Of a stretch of DNA of 64,000 nt, positions 60,352-64,000 are shown in pieces (position 1 is the first letter of the stretch; every line of letters starts with the position of its first letter). The notes beneath the pieces are model-generated. The model worked only from the letters and a program-made list of their open reading frames with translations. It was not told where the DNA came from and did not search any database. Both the position numbers and the translations under genes were made by a program. Origin of the DNA: Geopsychrobacteraceae bacterium. Lineage in GTDB: Bacteria; Desulfobacterota; Desulfuromonadia; Desulfuromonadales; Geopsychrobacteraceae. Location of the stretch: assembly GCA_963662315.1 (NCBI GenBank), contig OY759353.1, positions 1,632,001 to 1,696,000 on the forward strand, given 5' to 3'.

Positions 60352-62250
60352 TTATTCAGCCAACCAGACCTCAACCCGGCGGTTTTTGTCCCGACCAAGA
60401 GCTGTTGCGTTAGAAGCAATGGCCATATCCTCGCAAAAACCCTTGACCATATCGGTCTGAACACCACGCCACTGCAAAATAGTCGCAACTTTTTCGGCCC
60501 GAATTCCAGAAAGATAACAGTTTGCTTTACGCTCACCCCGACTGTCAGCAAAACCGAACAGACGAATCGATTTGTTTCTGTTTTCTGGTTTAATCAGATA
60601 GTTAACCAAACGTTCAAGGTCTCTGCGTCCGCGGTTATCCAGTTCGGAACTACCTGAGCGAAAGCGAAAGTTCAGTGATAAACGACTTGCTCCGGCAATA
60701 GCCTGACGATACTCCTCCGGAGCATTGGCAGGAACCGGTGGTTTAATTTTGTCGATAGACAGCTCTACAAAACCTGACTTTCGCGCTGCAACCTGCCCGG
60801 CATCCCCAAGGGCGAATTGAATGAAGGGGCGGGTCAGATAATTTTTCGGGTTGACTGAGGTATATAAATACAGCCGCCGAGCCAAGGGATAGTCTTCCGT
60901 CCCGATAGTGAAAGGAGTGGGATAGACTGAAGGCGCGCCATCTTGTGAAATAGCAACAGCTTTGGCTTTATGAGCATAAGGTAAGGAAACAAACCCGATA
61001 CCAGCTGTGTCGTTTGCAACTTTTTCAGCGAGGGAATTGTCATCAGCAAGTTCATGCATTGTCGTTGCGAAGTCGTTATTGAATAACACCAGATGACTGA
61101 AAACACTTCCAGCTCCCGAAGCGATATTACGTCCATAAGTGTGAATGGGACCGTCAAGACGACTTTGCGGCAATTGCGACCAATCAGTGATTTTACCGGT
61201 AAAAATATCCGCAACATCCTGCTTGGATAAAATATCCAGGCCATTGACGGGGTGCAGAATAACCGTGATACCATCAAGGGCCAGAATATGTTCACTGGCA
61301 GGGTTGTTCAGAGGACCAATAGCAGCTAGTTGGCGCAACTCTTCTTCGTTAACCGGCCGGGATGACATGCCTATGTCACATTGCTCTTGTTGAAGCCCGG
61401 AAAACGCCGCTGCCGAAGTACTGGAAACAAACTCAATAGCGACATGTCTGCCATCGCCCAGGGTTGCTTCAACCCGTGTCACTCCAGGCTTATCACCTTT
61501 AACATAGCGAACATCCCCGCCAAACATTTCCTGTTGCATAAAAGCCATGGCGATCTCTGGAGCCAACTGGGATCCGATCGTTGCAGAACCTGCGACCCTC
61601 AATAGGACTTCAGCCGGCTGAGAAGCCACTTTAGGTTTAGCAGGTGCAGGCGCTGGAGCAGCGACGGGAGTTGCCGGCCTCGATGTCGGAGCGGTAGTTT
61701 TGGCAGTAACACTCTGCTGCGGATCAGAGGAGGGTCCTGCCATAAAGAAATAGCCTCCAGCACCAGCTAAAACAACCAGGGTCGCCAACGCTACCCATAA
61801 CATGCCTTTACTTTTTTTGGCCGGAGCGACATCTCTCGTTTCGGGGCTAGAGGCATAAGAACCACTTGGTTCAGAGGCAGGGGCACTTTTGCCACCGTCA
61901 CCATTGGTTAAAAGAGTAGCCAGTTCCTCGCGAAACAAATCGACTTCAAAATCCAATCGCTGGGCATTTGCTTTGGCTCTGCATAAAAGAAACAGACTGC
62001 CTTCGGGCAGGTAGTAAACAAAGAATTTATATTCAAGATAACGAAATTCACAACGCTCCACTGCTCCGACAGCAGCACTTGCAGCGCTGCGCTGTTGACT
62101 GAGTAGCTTGGCCGCTTTCACAACCTGGTCAAAGGCTAGGTAATCAGGCATCTGGGCCTTCACAACCTGTCCTTCGTTATCACATAAAAAGCCACCTAAT
62201 ACTTCTGGGAGCGAAACCAAAGCGTCTAAACAATTATTTTCAGCAGTCAT
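60352..62250 (-). CDS. Roadblock-like + TM + PstS-like + OmpA-like domain protein (cassette copy 2, gene B)
   Basis: Collinear paralog of 28716-30656: PASEHILALDGI, YPTPFT..TEDYPLARRL, RLSLNFRFRSGSS.LDNRG, NRRVEVWL. Confidence 0.8.
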   Translation of the reverse strand: MTAENNCLDALVSLPEVLGGFLCDNEGQVVKAQMPDYLAFDQVVKAAKLLSQQRSAASAAVGAVERCEFRYLEYKFFVYYLPEGSLFLLCRAKANAQRLDFEVDLFREELATLLTNGDGGKSAPASEPSGSYASSPETRDVAPAKKSKGMLWVALATLVVLAGAGGYFFMAGPSSDPQQSVTAKTTAPTSRPATPVAAPAPAPAKPKVASQPAEVLLRVAGSATIGSQLAPEIAMAFMQQEMFGGDVRYVKGDKPGVTRVEATLGDGRHVAIEFVSSTSAAAFSGLQQEQCDIGMSSRPVNEEELRQLAAIGPLNNPASEHILALDGITVILHPVNGLDILSKQDVADIFTGKITDWSQLPQSRLDGPIHTYGRNIASGAGSVFSHLVLFNNDFATTMHELADDNSLAEKVANDTAGIGFVSLPYAHKAKAVAISQDGAPSVYPTPFTIGTEDYPLARRLYLYTSVNPKNYLTRPFIQFALGDAGQVAARKSGFVELSIDKIKPPVPANAPEEYRQAIAGASRLSLNFRFRSGSSELDNRGRRDLERLVNYLIKPENRNKSIRLFGFADSRGERKANCYLSGIRAEKVATILQWRGVQTDMVKGFCEDMAIASNATALGRDKNRRVEVWLAE

Positions 62251-62259
62251 AAGATCTAA

Positions 62260-62943
62260 TTATTTCCTCACCAGAGTTGAACGGATTGCACTTTCAATAG
62301 GCTGGTACTCACAGTTTCCAGGAGTTGCTACAACCAGAGTGCGGTTGTTCGACTGAAAGTTCATACAATGACCACCGGAACCGGTAACAACCGAAAAGTG
62401 ATACCCCTCCGCACCAAGCAATGCGCCCAGTTTTTTGCCAACATCGGCAAAGAAATGCCCTTGTGCACTCAATCGTGAAGCACTTGAACTCGTATCATTA
62501 TCGGGATGCCCATGTTCATCTATGAGAACCGCAAAATTCACCCCGGGGATAGGACTGATTTTCTGTACGGTTTTATTTGTTGTTTCTGGCATTTTAGTCA
62601 CCTCTTCTGTGACAACACCCTCTTCGTCAAGACGGCGATGACATTCAAGCAACAATTGACTCATGGACATACTAATACTTGAATGCATAGTTTTCAGGTT
62701 TGGTAGGCACGCAAAATTACCACTTCGCCAACCAAGCATCCGATAAATAGCATCAATCCCGGTAAGGTCATTCTGCTCGGCATGAATAACCTTGCCCTTA
62801 TTGAAGAAAACAACCCCCTTCGACCGGTTTTGCTGAACCGACAACCCTCCTGAAAATCCATTTTGGCTGTGCAATTGAAGAATGTCCGCTAAATGAACCT
62901 TTGGCAATTCTCCGGTAAAACCTTCTTCTTGCAACCGTTCCAT
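62260..62943 (-). CDS. DUF4388/PATAN-like + Roadblock-like domain protein (cassette copy 2, gene A)
   Basis: Paralog of 28023-28706: GF.GELP.V.LAD.LQLH..NGFSGG, LLLECHRRLDE, PIPGVNFAV; GGAGG SD. Confidence 0.75.
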   Translation of the reverse strand: MERLQEEGFTGELPKVHLADILQLHSQNGFSGGLSVQQNRSKGVVFFNKGKVIHAEQNDLTGIDAIYRMLGWRSGNFACLPNLKTMHSSISMSMSQLLLECHRRLDEEGVVTEEVTKMPETTNKTVQKISPIPGVNFAVLIDEHGHPDNDTSSSASRLSAQGHFFADVGKKLGALLGAEGYHFSVVTGSGGHCMNFQSNNRTLVVATPGNCEYQPIESAIRSTLVRK

Positions 62944-63732
62944 GAAAATCCTCCCTGTTTAGAACACTATGTGCGCGTCAATTTATGCAAAATCTTTTTT
63001 TTGGATATATTTATTGATAAGAAAACGAGTCATCAACAATCTGTATCAAGAGACAGAGCCAAACAACCTATCGTCAAAAGACATGTTTTCAGGAACAACC
63101 GTAAAGAGCTATGACACAAACCCGGACCTGATTATTTGGTACTGAAATAGTGTCGGCAGGTTAGGTTCAGGCTTCACGTCTTTTTCCTGTTTTTGATAAG
63201 CGATTACTGCCCCCTCCTTTTATTGCTCAAAAGGCTATATCTCACTGCCCAAAAGCGACTGAATCACCACAGGGGGGCATGATTTGAAAAAAAACCGCGG
63301 ATCAAAAAAAACGTTTACTATCAAATCAACAATATTTGACAAATTAAACAATGTTCGATGGTAGATATTAATAAACATTCACCATTAAAACAACATTAAA
63401 ATTTCCTTTTTAATGTAAAAGCGTTATTTCCGCATATTTTTTGGCTATTGCAGAATCAATATGTTACGACATCGCGATATTTGAAAGGCTCCTCACGGCG
63501 CAACGGAACAAATATTCTTTCCGGAATATCACCCGGCCAAAGGTTTATACATGTGAATACTGATTTGTCCTTCCGCAATACGGTACCGTCAAGGTCACCC
63601 TACTGCCAAGCAACGGTTTTATTGGGTGTGCGAAAATTTAGGAGAAGTGTTATTTTGATTGAGGTACTATCTCGAAAAATTAATTAACCTCGTCCATATT
63701 GCATAAAATGAATTATTCAGAGGGGCTAACGC

Positions 63733-64000
63733 ATGAGCAAATTTATGGATCGCACAACCACTGTCGATACAGACGGCGTGGTCGATCAAAAAGTGTCAAT
63801 TCGCGGTATCTCTGCGGTAAAGCAGATACTGGTGTTTTCAGGCAGCAAAGGAGGAGTAGGAAAAACCACCACCGTGATAAACCTGGCAAAAGCGCTTACG
63901 CTGCAGAGTTATCATGTCGGAATCATCGACATGACCGGCTCTGCAGAACTGGCACTGGCAGCCTCCTCCGTTTCCGAATCAACGTCACAGAAGCCACGTC
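63733..64000 (+). CDS. MinD/Mrp-family P-loop NTPase, N-terminal part (3' truncated by window edge; not in ORF track)
   Basis: MSKFMD...QILVFSGSKGGVGKTTTVINLAKAL...VGIID (deviant Walker A). Confidence 0.75.
   Translation, partial: MSKFMDRTTTVDTDGVVDQKVSIRGISAVKQILVFSGSKGGVGKTTTVINLAKALTLQSYHVGIIDMTGSAELALAASSVSESTSQKPR

Noticed and set aside
63448..63687. 79-aa ORF in the AT-rich region upstream of the P-loop NTPase
   Set aside because: TTG start without SD and no motifs; more likely promoter or leader sequence.

Overview
Gene-dense chromosomal window of a deltaproteobacterium, most likely Desulfuromonadales (inferred from gene content and protein style, not from a marker gene). It is mostly housekeeping and metabolic genes: clpS-clpA-aat, rmuC, lemA-TPM-TPM, tmcAL, sfsA, an acyl-CoA ligase, ald with an Lrp regulator, arginase, Hsp20 pair with htpX, Ktr/Trk K+ uptake, TctCBA, nudC, elbB, rubredoxin, lipA-sucA-sucB-lpdA, an M23 peptidase and a purine-nucleoside ABC transporter with xpt. 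I found no rRNA, tRNA, CRISPR array, transposase or prophage. The best candidate for an undescribed system is a two-gene cassette present twice in inverted orientation (28023-30656 + and 60352-62943 -). It pairs a DUF4388/PATAN-like + Roadblock-like protein with a Roadblock-like + TM + PstS-like + OmpA-like protein, which suggests a wall-anchored trans-envelope signalling or localisation module. Other notable items: an arginase + LOR/SDH-domain operon (possible Arg->Orn->Pro route); divergent sigma54-like promoters sharing a GCGAC repeat array; two copies of a ~140 bp palindromic MITE-like repeat; an apparently internally deleted DsrE-like mini-gene; an orphan phage-type dNMP kinase; and a rubredoxin missed by the ORF track. 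All family assignments come from motif recognition by eye; no searches were run.
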